64,000 nt of DNA from Lama guanicoe. Its lineage: Eukaryota. The stretch's first letter is position 1. The number at the start of each line of letters is the position of its first letter. The stretch is taken from positions 10,613,175-10,677,174 of the forward strand of contig MU056000.1 of assembly GCA_013239625.1 (NCBI GenBank). Reading direction: 5' to 3'. Shown here piece after piece: positions 13,258 through 26,548 of the stretch. The position numbers and the translations under genes were made by a program. The notes under the pieces were generated by a model. The model worked only from the letters and a program-made list of their open reading frames with translations, was not told the origin of the DNA and ran no database searches.

Positions 13258-13835
13258 GCGGAAGCAATCTAAACATCTATGGACAGATGACTGGATAAAG
13301 ATGTCTTTTATATATATGTATATTTATATATATTATTTATAAGTATTTTTTATACACACACAATGGAATACTAGTCAGCCATAAAAAAGAATGAAATAAT
13401 GCCATTGGTAGTGACATGGATGGACTTAGAGATTATCATACTAAGTGAAGTAAGTCAGATAAAGAAAGACAAATATCATATGATATCACTTATATGTGGA
13501 ATCTAAAGAATATGACACAAATGAATTTATTTACAAAACAGAAGCAGACTCACAGAAACAGAAAAACTTATGGTTATCAAAAGGGAAGGAGGCAGAGGAT
13601 AAATTAGGAATTTGAGATTTGTAGATACAAACTACTATATATATAAAATAGACTAACAACAAGGTCCTACTGTATAGCATAGGGAACTATATTCAATACC
13701 TTGTAATAACCTATAATGATAAAGACTATGAAAAAGAATATATATACATACACATGTAACTGAGTCACTATGCTGTGCACAGAAACTAACACAACATTGT
13801 AAATCAACTATACTTCAATTTTTTAAAAAAAAGGG
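13258..13835 (+). mobile_element. L1 3' end (cetartiodactyl L1, 5'-truncated)
   Basis: CAATGGAATACTA..CAGCCATAAAAAAGAATGAAATAATGCC, GAGATTATCATACTAAGTGAAGTAAGTCAGA, AATCAACTATACTTCAAT and A tail. Confidence 0.92.
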
Positions 13836-14500
13836 AAAAGAAAGAGAAGATAGTTAAGATGTTACCCACTGTGGCCCGGCCTGGGCCAGGCCCGAGGGAG
13901 ATGAGCCCGGCTGACCTGAGGCCCGCCCAGCTCATCATATTCTGCAAGGAGAGGCCGATCTGGTGCGTAATTCTATCCCCTTGTGGGTCACTCCTTCATT
14001 CACATAACAGAAATACGTATGTGCAAAGGGACTGTCTGCCGTCCCCCAACAACGCGCTCCATCTCCCTCCTGCATTGACCACTCCTCTCAGTAACACATC
14101 ACCTCAGACTTGGCCGCAGGAAAGAGTCAGGAGACCAAACAGCACCACTGCAAGGCTCGGTGGGGCTCCAGAGGACCTGCACCCCATTGTGCGCCGATCT
14201 GGCTTAAATTCACAGCGTGGCTCCCCTTCCACAAAAATTCATAAGCATCTTTAAAGTATGGAGACAACTACTGTGATTTTATATATAATTTTAAAGCACA
14301 AAGAAAGAAGGACGGATGACAGGGGGTCGGGGGGAGAACGCGGGCTCTGCCGTTGGCCTGTGGGCACAGAGGAGGGCTCTGTCGCCCGACCCTGGACAAG
14401 TTATCTGCTGCCTTCAGCTTCAGTTTCCCCACCTGTAAAATGGAGAAATTAACAGAAGCCGCCCCAGGGTAAGAACCCTCCCTTGAAAATGCTCAGCCTT

Positions 14501-14805
14501 GCAGGAGAAGGCAGAGCTCAGTGATAGTAAGTGCTCAGCAGGCATGAGAACCTGGGTTCAACCTCCAGTACCTCCATTAAAAAAATAAATATTTCGAAAT
14601 GTGCACCTCTTGGGGAGTGATGGAAATGTTAGCTATCTTGATTGTGGTGGTGGTTTCATGGGTGTAGACATCTATCAAAATTTATCAAATTGTACATCTG
14701 ACATATGTGTGGTTTACAGGAATTTTACTACAATACAGGTGTTTAAAAATAAAATAAAAATTCAAAAATAAATAAACCTAATTACCTTCCCCTCACCAAA
14801 AAATT
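14501..14805 (+). mobile_element. Vic-1-type SINE split by an internal ~170-bp insertion
   Basis: SINE head 14501-14591 and tail 14764-14805; outer TSD AAAATGCTCAGCCTT (14486-14500) / AAAATACTCAGTCTT (14806-14820). Confidence 0.8.
14592..14763 (+). mobile_element. L1ME-like 3' end fragment inserted inside the SINE
   Basis: GGAGTGATGGAAATGTT..TATCTTGATTGTGGTGGTGGTTTCATGGGTGTA..TCAAAATTTATCAAATTGTAC, A-rich tail, flanked by AAAAATAAATA on both sides. Confidence 0.75.
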
Positions 14806-15004
14806 AAAATACTCAGTCTTTGCACGACCTGGGGTAAAAAGTTGTCCGCAAACAACAATGGCTGTTGTCGTCACTGTTGCTGACTGCAGCAGAGGCGCGC
14901 GTGCTCAGAGTCGGGGACGAAGGGGCAGCGCTGGGGGAAACCCACATGCACTGACGAGTTACGAGGACATTTCTCGAGATGCTTAAAAATGTAAAGATCT
15001 ATTG

Positions 15005-15183
15005 GTCTTGGGCAAGTCACTTACCCTCTCTGTGCTGTGATTTCCTCATTGGGAGAAAGAGGATCCTAACAGTAGCTGTTTGCTAGCGTTATTCAGCAGA
15101 TTGATGCATTAATATACATAAAGCGCTTAGAGCCATTCTCTGGAACAGAGTCAGGACTGTTTAACCCTTTGCTGTTATTACCA
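15005..15183 (+). mobile_element. MIR SINE
   Basis: TTGGGCAAGTCACTTACCCTCTCTGTG..TTTCCTCAT...TAAAGCGCTTAGA. Confidence 0.8.
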
Positions 15184-17874
15184 TCAAGAAGGCAAAGAAA
15201 AGCACTGTTCGCGAATTAGTCACCCGAGGTAGGAAAGAAAAGGTTATTTCCCTAACATTTATGAATCAAGCAGGTTTAATCAGTATTCCTGATCATTTTT
15301 ATGATGATATCCTTACAGTCTTTTTTTTTAATAATAATTCTGGATTTGGACAGAGCTTGTTACATTTTTAAGTGCCTCCATAAGTATTTTTAATTCTGTT
15401 GAGATTAAGAGAGATGAATGTTACTAAAAGAGATGAATGTATGCCTCTGGTTAATCATGCAGATAATTTGTCTTGCGGAAGAGTCTGTTCCATTGCAAAA
15501 GGAAACCTTGCACCCAACAGTTTGTGCCTACAGTGCATTGTGAGCCAGCTCAGTGCATTGTGAACCATTTCTCAGCATCACTAACATTGAAAACCATGAT
15601 TACAATTGGGCTGTTAATCCTTCCAAAGGTTAGATGTGCTGATGATACAAAGCAGTGCCAGTCCTACCTACACTGTACCCTGTGAGGCATCTATCTCATC
15701 CTGCTTCCCATCAGTTAATTTCAAGCCATGGGAAGGTCCAGAAACACCAATAAAGGGTTCCCACGGATCTGGGGCTTGTGAGATTCTGGCAGACACTCCT
15801 GCTGGCTGCAAATTCCTTTTCCTGTTTGTCTTTCTGCTTAACCAGTCACTCTTTGTCTCGTGACAGGATCCCACTTCAGGGGGTGATCCTCTCTACCTTC
15901 AGAAAACCACAAACATCTTTTACTCCAAAGCCATACTCTTCCTATAGGCGAGCCTGGAATTATTAAAACCCTGGAGGGAAAACTCCCCTGCCTGGAATGA
16001 CAGAGGGAGAGGAGACAGAGAAGGGGAGAAGCTCCAACACAAACAACGGGTCCTCGTGGGACCGCTTGCTTAATTCCACCGGGACTGTTATTTGGCAGCT
16101 GCTTCTTTGCACACTTTCTGATAAAGGAAAGTTTAGAAACCGTTTATTTTTCCAACAAATCACTTAATGAGCATAACAAAACATTCTGCAGGGTAAAATC
16201 TTTCTGCCAAAGTATACAAACTGCAGGTGTGTCCAGGCAAAAACCCAACCAAATCCTTTCTGGCCCCTAAGGTGTGCATACACTGGTCACACAACAGAAT
16301 CACTATCCACGCAAAGACAAAGAACATCGAGGATCTGAGCTCTGGGGACTCGGGTGTTTGTGAACAACGTGAGAATCTCACTGAACTATATAACAAACCG
16401 GGAAAGCTGTTCATAAACATCCCAACAAAGATCCTTACAGTGATTTTGATCTAGCCATTTCCAAATAGATCTTTATTTCTTCTTCTTTTTTTTTTTTGTT
16501 TAGCAAATCAAGCGTAGACTTATGCAGCCTAACAAGCGGAAAGGTCTAGAAAGTAAAGCAAGAGATGTAGGAGTGAGTTTCCATAGTGACTATAGCATCC
16601 AACATTTTCACTTCCTGACCTACAGCCTTGAGTTTAAACCTAAGTGAAGGGTAGTGAAGACAGGTAAAAAGAAAGCTAATGTAGGGAAGTGAAAACACAC
16701 AGACGCAGTTTGGTCTTACTGTCTGACTTGATCCTCTTGATGACTAAGGTATCAGTGTATTCTGTCAAGGTTAAGTGTCTAGCCTCAACTCATAAGAGTT
16801 TTATCAGTTAAGAACAAAAACCAAAGAGATTCCTTTTTTCTTTTTCTTCAAATCTTTAGTTTAAAGAAAAGGTTTTTATTTAGTTCTGTTTTCAAGGTTG
16901 GCTAGATTTTGATCAGTCTCCAAACCCCTAGGAAAGTCCTAATGGCAGTCATCTTTTCGCCTTTTATTCTCAATATTCTAATTTTGCACCACAAATAAGA
17001 CACTTTACACGTGTCACGGATGTCTGTGGGCCCGGCGTTTATTCTGACCTGAGAAGGAAAGCGAAGATGAACATTCACCATCAGAAGTAGGAACTCCTCC
17101 TCGACCGTCAGGTACCTCGTGACTAGTCACGTGCTGAACCAGAGAAAATGACCAACGTCTGACTTTTTTGTGACCTAACAATAAATGTTCAGGCTGGCCT
17201 CATCCAAGACATTTAGCCATTCCCATCTATGACTGTCAAAGAATCCTTCTGAGAATAAGCAAGACAATATATGAGAAGTTCTTAAATGTGCTGAAGGGGA
17301 GGGGGGTGGTGAGGAGAGTGGCGCGCGCCACACAAGTGATGGACGTCACCATTTGCTTTCACCCTGACCTCACCTCACACCTCACACCTTCTATATGCAG
17401 GTTTGCTCATGAAGAGACCACAACACTCTTAAATTCTCAACAAGCGGCGCATCTGGCCAGAGTAATTCCCCCAACACTGTTTCATAACAGTTTGTGTTTC
17501 CTCTTTCTGTATCTAAGTTATGGTTCAAAGATTTCAAAGCAGGAACATGATATTATTCCAGCAGAGCACACATGTGCACCATTTTCCATCCTGTCCTAGG
17601 ACAGAACCACTTGAAGAAAGTTGTTCCTGCTACAGTTTTCTAGAAGGAGGTGCCTGTTAAACACACACACACAAATCACAAACATGGATTATTCTTTTCT
17701 GGATTCAGAGCTCAACCAAATTCTGATTTTCTTCTAACTTGGTTTTTATCATATTAAATTTGAAATCAAATAGTCTATTTGTAAGGTTAATTGATCTGTG
17801 CATTTTCTGGATTTGTGACAGTCACTCTTTTTCATTACAAATCATTTCTTCTTTTCTTTAAATTTGAAAATTAA

Positions 17875-18228
17875 AAAAACCCAGCTTTATTGGGGTATAT
17901 TTGACATGCATATTTAAAGTGCTCAATTTGATATTTTGATATACATATATGTCAGTGAAGCCATCACCACTGTCAAGATAACTTATCCATCAACTCAAAA
18001 GTTTCCTTCCACTTCTTTTTTTGAGGTACAACTGACATATAACATTGCATCCACTTTAGGTGTAAAACATAATGATTTGATTTATGTATATGCTGCAAAA
18101 TAATCACCACAATAAGTTAACCCCCATCACCACACATAGTTACAAACCTTTCTTCTGTGATAAGCATTTTTAAGATCTACTTTCTGAGCAACATTCAAAC
18201 ACATAATACAGTATTATTAACTATGGTG
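17875..18228 (-). mobile_element. Two L1 3' end fragments (L1MB-like, then L1MA9-like)
   Basis: CAGCTTTATTGGGGTATA..GTGAAGCCATCACCAC; then GAGGTACAACTGACATATAACATT..TTTAAGATCTAC..CAGTATTATTAACTAT. Confidence 0.8.
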
Positions 18229-18929
18229 TGACAGTTATTTTAATAGTTGGTTTAGTTGCCAACTTCAAGCAAAGGTAGATGCTTACGAATCTGCTCTATA
18301 AGAAGGTTTTTGGAAATGACAATGATTTGATTTAGTAAGTACTGCATTTTCAAATCTGCTTTAAAATTTTACTAATTTGTCAGGTGAAACGAGCCCCCCT
18401 GGCTTCCCAATGGTGCCCAGGAAGCCTCAACCTCACTCAAGGTCTGTCCAAGAGGGGAGTGTGCAAATACCTAAAGACAGCCAAGGTGCGTCCTAGGTGA
18501 CTCCATCCATGAAACAGAAAATGAATGGAAAACAGGGACGTCCCCACTGAGTGAAGCCTCAGAGGGAACCCACCGCTACTCCAGATGAGTGGACCTTTTG
18601 CTTTCACATAACTTGACAGGCTAATATGTTAATCCTGATGTTTTTTCTTCTTCACCCTGCAGCACGTGTCTGGAACTATCCTAAAAGTTTTGATGGGGAA
18701 TGTATATGACTAACAGCATGAGGATACTAACTGTCACTACTGCTTTTACGTTTATTAGACAGAAATGCGCAAACAAAATGTTTACAGGGACAAAGCTAAC
18801 ATATAAATTTTTGTTCAAAAAGATAAAAAGAAAAAACGAAAAAACTTAGGGCCTCTTCAGTCTGGACAAACGAGGGATCCAAGGGAAAATAACTAAAGCA
18901 TAAAATAAGTGATTAATTTTTAAAAATTA

Positions 18930-19295
18930 TTTTTTAATTGTGGCTAAAAGACACATAATATAAAATTTACCATTTTACCCATTTTTACAGCGTAAAGTTC
19001 AGGGACATGAAGTACAGTCACACTCTTGTATAACCATCACCACCATCATCTCCTGAGCTTTTTTCTTCTTGCAAAACTGAAACTCTGTACTCATCAAACA
19101 CTAACTCCTCACACCTCCTCCCCCAGCCTCTGGCAACCACCTTCCACTTCTGTCGCCGTGAACTTTACTCCTCTAGGTATTTCACGAGTGGAACCACATG
19201 TTGTCTTTTGGTGGCTGACTTCTTTTGCCACAAGTCAGTAATGTCTTCAAGTTTCATCCACGTTGTAGCACAAGTCAAGATGAGATCATTTCTTT
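18930..19295 (-). mobile_element. L1MB-type 3' end
   Basis: ATAAAATTTACCATTTT..AACCATCACCACCAT..AAACTGAAACTCTGTAC..CCCCAGCCTCTGGCAACCAC. Confidence 0.88.
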
Positions 19296-22200
19296 TCCCC
19301 CAAATCCTAGCTTCGAGAACCAGGTGTCAATTCTGAAGTTCTAAGGAGTTAGTTTTTGTTCTTTGTTGTATTTTTAAGAAAAATTAAATGGACTATTGCT
19401 TTACAAAGGGATGATAAACATTGAGCAATTTCTACCCGCAGAAGATAGTAAATGGCTAACAAGATAAACGCGTTCACTACAGTTAGATGGACGCCTAGGT
19501 AACAGATGAACAGAAGGCTTATTATTGGGAGGAAATTTCAAATGCCATCTCAGCCCGCTCTGCTTAAGGTGGAGATGGTCACCTGCTAGCTGCTGTTCTC
19601 TATGACACTCGTCTCCCCTGAGAGCCCTTTGAAGCTGGGTGTGGGTTGGGGGAGTGGTTTCTTACTCAGCAGATGGCCTCGCCAACCATCTCTTCACCTG
19701 CCGAGTCCAGAGGTTGCAGGTGTATGTCAGGCAGGTGTGAACCACATCAAAAGCTCAGCTCGTTGAAGGCCAAGGACAGATACCAGCTCAGATCAAGCCA
19801 CACCCGAAAACAGCCTGGCCGGCAGGGTCCACACCAGTTCAGCAGCATCTCACGGGGCCCAGGCTCTGGCCCGGTGTTCAGGTTTGGCCTAGAGGACATA
19901 CAGGTGGTTGAGCTCTGCCTCGGTCTTCCTGGGGAACCAGCTTTGTCTCACTCTGCATAGACAGGAGGCGGGGAAGGAAAGTGGTGGTCACCCAGCCCGG
20001 GGGCGTGTGGGGCCTTCAGTTCGCAGGATCCTGAGAAAAGTTAAGCTAAGTCTCTGAGGCTGGACTCGAAACAGACGGCACTGGAGGCAGGAAGAGTGGA
20101 AGCCTTCTGTCTCCCCCAAGTCTCCTCCGTACACAAAGTGGTCACAAGCCACAGCCGAGCAGTCACGTCACCACTGGATGGCGGCTGCCCGTCCTTTTCC
20201 CTCTTAGTAGGATGCCTAGAGCAAGTGTTCTGGACGCGCAAGGCAGAATGCATGAGGATGCCTAGAGAGAAGTCAGTTCTCCCAGCCATCTCCTCTGACC
20301 CCACTGTGATTCCACGGCAGGATGGCAAATTCTTCTGGAAGCTTCAGAGTAAGTGGGGCACTGAGTTGTGGCCAGGGCGCCGGGGTGATTAGAACTTTCA
20401 CAGGCATCACTTCCCGAGGAGGACACCTGCCTGTACCACGGTGGCAGGAGCCCGTCTCCTGGGCCATTTGGCTCCCTAACCAACCAGCCCCCTGCTTCTC
20501 ATTCTATACCATAATGGACCCCAACAGATGAGAGCCCCTGCCAATGAGTACGGGGCTGACCAAGAAGGAAGAAAAGAGCCCATCTCACAGGAGCAGGAGG
20601 GGTGAGCCTGACAAGGCAGCAGGCTGGAGGAAACTCAGGTGTAAGGTGGGTTCTTCTACTTCCTCGATGTGCCCTTGTGTGTACTCTGGGCTGGGAGTGG
20701 GGGAGGATACGGGTCTCTGCCAAAGGAAGATAATGCAAGAGAAGTGATAAGGAAATCCTCCAGGGTGAATGAGATGCTAACTTCCACACGGGGCGCCCAG
20801 GCAGCACACACACACAGCGCGCACACACTTTGCACACTCAGGTGAGTATGCACACCTGGGACCTATCTTAGACACCTGACTGTGACCTTTTTGAAATGGA
20901 CAAGATACTTTTCCTCCTGTGAATCCATGAAGCAGGGGCGGAGGGGAAGAATAGCGTGTTCTTGCATCATCCATGAGATTCTGATCCGTAGTCAAGTTCA
21001 CAGTCACAGTAGAACAGACGTGGCTGCGGGGCAGAACAGCTTTACTAGCTAGCTGGGCTCTGGGATTTGTCTGCCTCTGCCTCACTTCCCCTGAATTCTG
21101 GTGTAACCTAAAGCCTTCTTTATTATTTAACATCCCCAAGGTGAGCAGCCTTGGGACAGCTCTGATGTCTTCTGCTTCTCCCTGTAGTCCCTGCTCTCTT
21201 GGCACAATAAGCAAACAGGCTCACTTGCTTCCTAAACCCACAATTGTGTTTTACTCACCAAGTTTCCTTGACCTTACACTTGGCCTAAGGTGTTTCCAGC
21301 CACATGTACCATTTCAGCGTTTTCGCCCAATTTCTGGACTATCAGCTCAAAAGCAGCTGCGAACTTTGAAGTCCGCAGAGGTCCTTACCCTAAAGAAAGA
21401 CATCAATATGCTATTTCTATCCCGACTGTAACCTTCTAATGCTCCCGACTTGCTCTCATGTTGCCCAACTTCCACTGTGACTATTTAGATTTTATGAAGG
21501 TGTTGTATCTACAACTTAGAGGTCTGGGGAAACAGTGGAAATCAAAAGATAACTTTGTATTGTCTATATTTCCAATCGCACCTGGAAGCCGGGCCATCTG
21601 GGCTCAGATGAGCCCTGTCCACCGTCTGTAATGTCCTGCTTCACGGTGGCACAAGAAGATTGAGGATTTGTTTATTGGCGCCCTCCTCACACTCTTGAGA
21701 ATTTTTCATGTTTGCTTTGAGTCTAAGAACTACTTCCATCTTTCACGGATCCCTGCCCGCTGCCTTTTCTTTGTGTATAACATGCTCTTTGTCTGGTGGG
21801 AGAATTCTGGTGCTTCTAGGGCCGTCTAGGGAGGACTGGTGCCATCAGGTTGGTATCGGTCTCTACTCAAAAATGTTTCCCTCAGGGAGAGAAATTACTT
21901 TGCAACCTATCATATTATCAACTTCCTCTTGCTCTTCTATTCCTGTTCAGCTAAGCATGCAAGGAGAAAACAGCTCTTTCTTTACAACTGAACTTTCAGG
22001 GAAGACTTTAATGAGATAACTGATCATTTAACATCCAGATTAAGGGTGTTGACAGAAACGTGCTTTCCAATAAATCCTCCATTTCATCATTTTGGCAAAG
22101 AACAAAAATGCATATTGTTTTACCTGTTTATCTAATTAGTGAATCTGGTCAAAGTCTAGTTTGGATAAGTACATGAGTCCAGAGCTGTCTTTCTTCCCTC

Positions 22201-25200
22201 CACCCTGCACCTGAAGCCACTGTCCTGAAGTTTAAAGACTTTGCTGCTGGCAGAAGAAAAGGTGGTGGTCTTTGTTTTTTAACTTTCCTGATTTCATTAA
22301 GGACAAGAAAAGGAGACAGTATGAAGCAATTGAACAAAATGGCACGTGTATGTGTGAGTTTACGGGCTTGTGTCCAGGAGTTTCTCACAAGATTTTAGTA
22401 CCTCCTGACCTCACCATATAGAGCCACAAATTTATAGGGTTTTCTGAGCCCCTGCAGAAAGACTTGGGTTGACAAGGACTTGAGAGGAGGATACTCTGGG
22501 TCCAGCACGAAAGAAGAAACACAGGGCTGCTGGAGGTCCCCCTGGAGTCCAATCCACCAAGGGAGCCAGGCAGAGCCTGATTTGACTCCCCCTACACTGG
22601 GCTACCTTTGATGTCCTGCAATACTGCTCAGCGACCATAGGTGTCAGGGGACCTAGGGTTGGTCTGACCAGCGATGTGCAAAGGTAATAGATTAATCACC
22701 CCAGTACTGCAAACCAGGGCCAAAAAAAAAAAAAAAAAATCCCCTGGGGACTTTTCACCAAGAGATTCTCATAAAACTCTTATTTTGACACAGCCAAATT
22801 CTAACCTTGTGAGCATCTTTTGGTAAATCACGCGGAAAGCATCACGTCAACCTGCTAGAAAGTGGTTATGATTTTTAAAGTTTAAAGACCATTAACCAAA
22901 GTGTCTTAAGATGACCATTTCCATGAGTCAAGGGTTTAAGAAGACATTCCCACTGCCTCCATACGATGCTCTGTTTTCCATACAAACCTTCCCCCCGTCC
23001 TTGATCGCCGGGACACCCCCCACTAGAAACAGCACAGAAACAGCTGTAACTACAACTCCATTTACGTGTACTGGGTGTAACAGTCAGCGGAGCTGGGGCT
23101 ATGATAAGTGGGACAGATTTATTTAATAATCACTTTTAAGTGCTTTTTAGTCATTCAGCTTTTCAGAGGATTTCTTTCTCAATTACTTCCTACGTGGGCA
23201 ATGGAATGGTACTTCAAGAGTAAATCACGGAGCCACAGCCAAGCGACTGATTATTGCCTTGGGCTGCTTCTACGAGGGACCCACCTTACGTCATCCAGCA
23301 CATCTCATGTGAGAGGGAACACACACGTCTGACACACTGTGAACCAGACTAGAGATGAACCTCGAGTTTGGCGCTTTTCAAACTGCAGTCTGGCAGGTCG
23401 CTGGTCTCCTAAGATGAAGCACTCTTCCTCAAAAGCAGTGCATTGCTCTCAGGAAGAAGGGGGCCGATACACCACTAAAGGCATGGGTGACAAGAGCAAA
23501 ATCTCTTGCTATTGTCATCCATATGGGGAGAAAGGAAAAGAGGTAAAAGTCAGCGCCTCGAAAGGAGTGATTATGTGGCCAGTGAAGAAAACAGAGATGG
23601 GAGGGGGAAAATGAGTTGTTACTGGCTCTGACATAAAATCGCCTTTGCTGTGGAGGCTGCGCGCCGGTGCTCGGAGTAACAGCTGTGCACGAGGATGCTC
23701 TGATCCGAGAAGAAAGGAAGGGGCCCTGTAATCCTGCGGGACCTGCGGGCTGCAGCAAAGGGAAGCAGCAAGCCCTCAGTGCTAAGAGAACAAAAGGGTC
23801 GTAATCAGCGAAGCTGGTGTATGTCGCGGCCTTCTTCTGCGCTCCTGTGAACCAGCTCTGCACGGGGCTGGTACTTCCAGTCTAGCTGTCCTTCGGATTC
23901 ACAACAACTGCTGGGGCCACATCAGCTGAGAGACAATCTACTGGTCAGGCTGCCAGAGCGAGCCCATGTTCCCCGCCCGTAGTCACAGACCCGGCCTTTC
24001 TGACATCCTTAGGATGGAGAATTTCTCCTGCTTCCTGTGGGAGGACCACCTGCTTTCAAATAACCACCAGTCACTAGGAGATTCCCATGAAAAACTACCA
24101 CTGAAAACTCAATAAGGATTTTTCATTTGCTTTTTTAAATTTCACACTCTGTTCTGTGAAGGTGAGAAACTTCAAACATCATGACTGCACCTTTCTGTGA
24201 TAAAGCAGTCATGGCTATTAGGAAGAAGATGACGTGTTATTACGAGGAGAGGTGAGTTACGAATTATTTTTAATGACCCGCTGAAAGAAAAATAGTGATT
24301 TACCTGCCTCCATTCGCCGCCCCTTCCCACCAAAACAAAACAAACAAAAAACTCCACAAAAAGCAAATGAACAAACAAAAACACACCTCAAGGGAGATAA
24401 AAGAAGAAAAATGCTTTCATGCCTAGAAGCTGTCCACCCCTAAAAAGGACACAGCCCACACATAAAATGGTTATTTCTACATTTTGAGAAGCCAAAATGA
24501 CTTAGAGGAGACTACAGTCACTAAGGGATTAATTGCACTGTATTCTCATTCAGTTTGGGTTGAGAGCTTTATTTTCAAAGCGCCACCATTAGCTTTATGA
24601 CAAATTTATGCTTTGCTTTCTAAGGTCCCCCCCCAGCCCCAAATCAACTCCATACAATTAAAAAAAAATCTGGCTTATTTAAAATAGCCTGTAAATATTT
24701 ACCATCATGCTATGGGAAACCTCAAACAACAGGAAACTATCCAAATGTTGCCAAGGTTATGTCATCAATGGTTTAATAACCTCAAAAGCGAAATCAATGC
24801 AAACAAGTACATACCACGGTTCTGGGTTAAGGAGGACAGGGTTTCATTTACAGAACAGTGTTGAGTGTTAAAAACGTATCACTCTAATTTCCACCATTTT
24901 CCCTTTGGACTTGCACCTCAACCTCAGTCGCTGAGGACCTGGCATATACTGGAGATCAGATTTCTTCTTCTAAACTTGGGACAGCAGGTAAGTCCCAGAT
25001 GCATTTTCTCTCCCACCTTCCCGTTAGGATTTTGGGGAGGGAAAGTGTTCTAGTTCTAGTCTATTGTCTCCCTTTGTGTAACGATAAATGATGCAACAAA
25101 ACCAGAATCCCCGCCCAAAGGACTGTCCCCTCTGACAATGTGAAATAAATAGAGACAGTTCATAAACCATGATCACTAAACTTCATTTGCATAGAAATCA

Positions 25201-25912
25201 TTGCAGGTTATGAGCCTACATATTGGACAGACGGAGGGAGGGAGGGAAGGCGGGCTTAACAGCAAGTGCTCGCTAGCTGTTAGATTACTATTACGTCAGT
25301 GTTGTTCTCTGTTCGGGTCCCATACTGCGACATGTAATGTGATATTGACGTGCTGTGACATAGAATACGGCACATAAGAAGCATCTTGGTTGGGCCGCAG
25401 CCCACTCTGATGACCAAAAGTGCCTAGTGCAGAACACTCCTCTCTAGGAGACGAGAGCTAAGAGCTGGAAGAGCTCTTCTCACCAAGGTTGCTCCTCACA
25501 TCTGGGTCCGTTCAGTCTGCTTCCAGCCATGGCTGTGCAGGATGAGTCCCTGCTCCAGATGAGGATACCGGTCAGTCACACAAGATAGCCGTGCACTAAG
25601 AAGCTGATTTAATGGCCACTTGCAGTGCACCCCTAAAGAGAAGCTGGTCTTCATTGTGGACTCGCAGGGCGGAGGGCTGGGAGTGGGCAGGGGTCTCCCC
25701 AACCCTCTGCTCCACCTCCCTGGGTCAATGCGCCCTGCACGGTTAAGGCCATCGCTGCATCAGGGAGCGCCTCAATGGTCACAAATCACTCTGGCTTTTT
25801 ACCCTTGGGTGACGTCACCTCGAGCAAAAGGCCTCGTTTTGCATGTTTCCTTTCACCAGAAAATGATTTTTCACCCAAACACAAAAATAACTGTTTTGCA
25901 AGGCGGTCTCAC

Positions 25913-26548
25913 TGATGCAGGAAAAACAGATGTGGGGTGTGAGGTGGGCCGTGTCCCAGGCCTCGGCTGGGCCCCTGGGATGTGCCCCACCTAGTGTGGG
26001 TCCTTGCTTCATGCAGGAAAGAATTCAAGAGTGAGCCACAGTTGAGTAAAGGTAGATTTATTTAGAGAGATACACCAAAAGGCAAGAGAAAGGTCACGAG
26101 GTGGGGGGGGTTGTTGGGCTCAGATTAGAGTGGAAATAGGTACACACCCCATAGACAAGAGTACCGGCCTTCTCTGAAAATGAGAGAGAGAGGCGGCCAC
26201 GAGGCTCCCTGCTGCCAGTTTTTATGGGCTCAGTAGCTTCATATGCTAATAAGTGGAAGGACCAGCCTAACTAGCCTGGGGAAGGGGCTGGGATTCCCAG
26301 GAAGCTGGCCACTTCCCACTCTGTGACCCTTTGTGGCTAGCCCTGGGACAGTCATGGCGCCTGTGGATGTGTTATTCACCATGCTAACATATTACAATGG
26401 GCGTACAGTGAAGCTCAAGGTCTGCTGGAAGTCAAACCTCCCACCATCTTGAGCCTCAAGGCCGACTAGGGGTTGACTGTTTCACCATCCTTGTGTTAAC
26501 TGCTGTGTCATTCCTTGAATGGCTGTGCCCTGCCCCCTTCCTGTCTCA
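25913..26548 (-). mobile_element. Complete ERV1 solo LTR, 636 bp
   Basis: TG...CA termini with an exact 4-bp TSD TCAC (25909-25912 and 26549-26552); minus-strand AATAAA at 26057-26062 and CATAAAA TATA-like box near 26220. Confidence 0.88.

Noticed and set aside
15531-15567. CAGTGCATTGTGA(G/A)CCA duplicated with a 20-bp period (similar micro-duplications near 15408, 20209/20255, 42547 and 63299)
   Set aside because: Ordinary local slippage duplications with no supporting structure.
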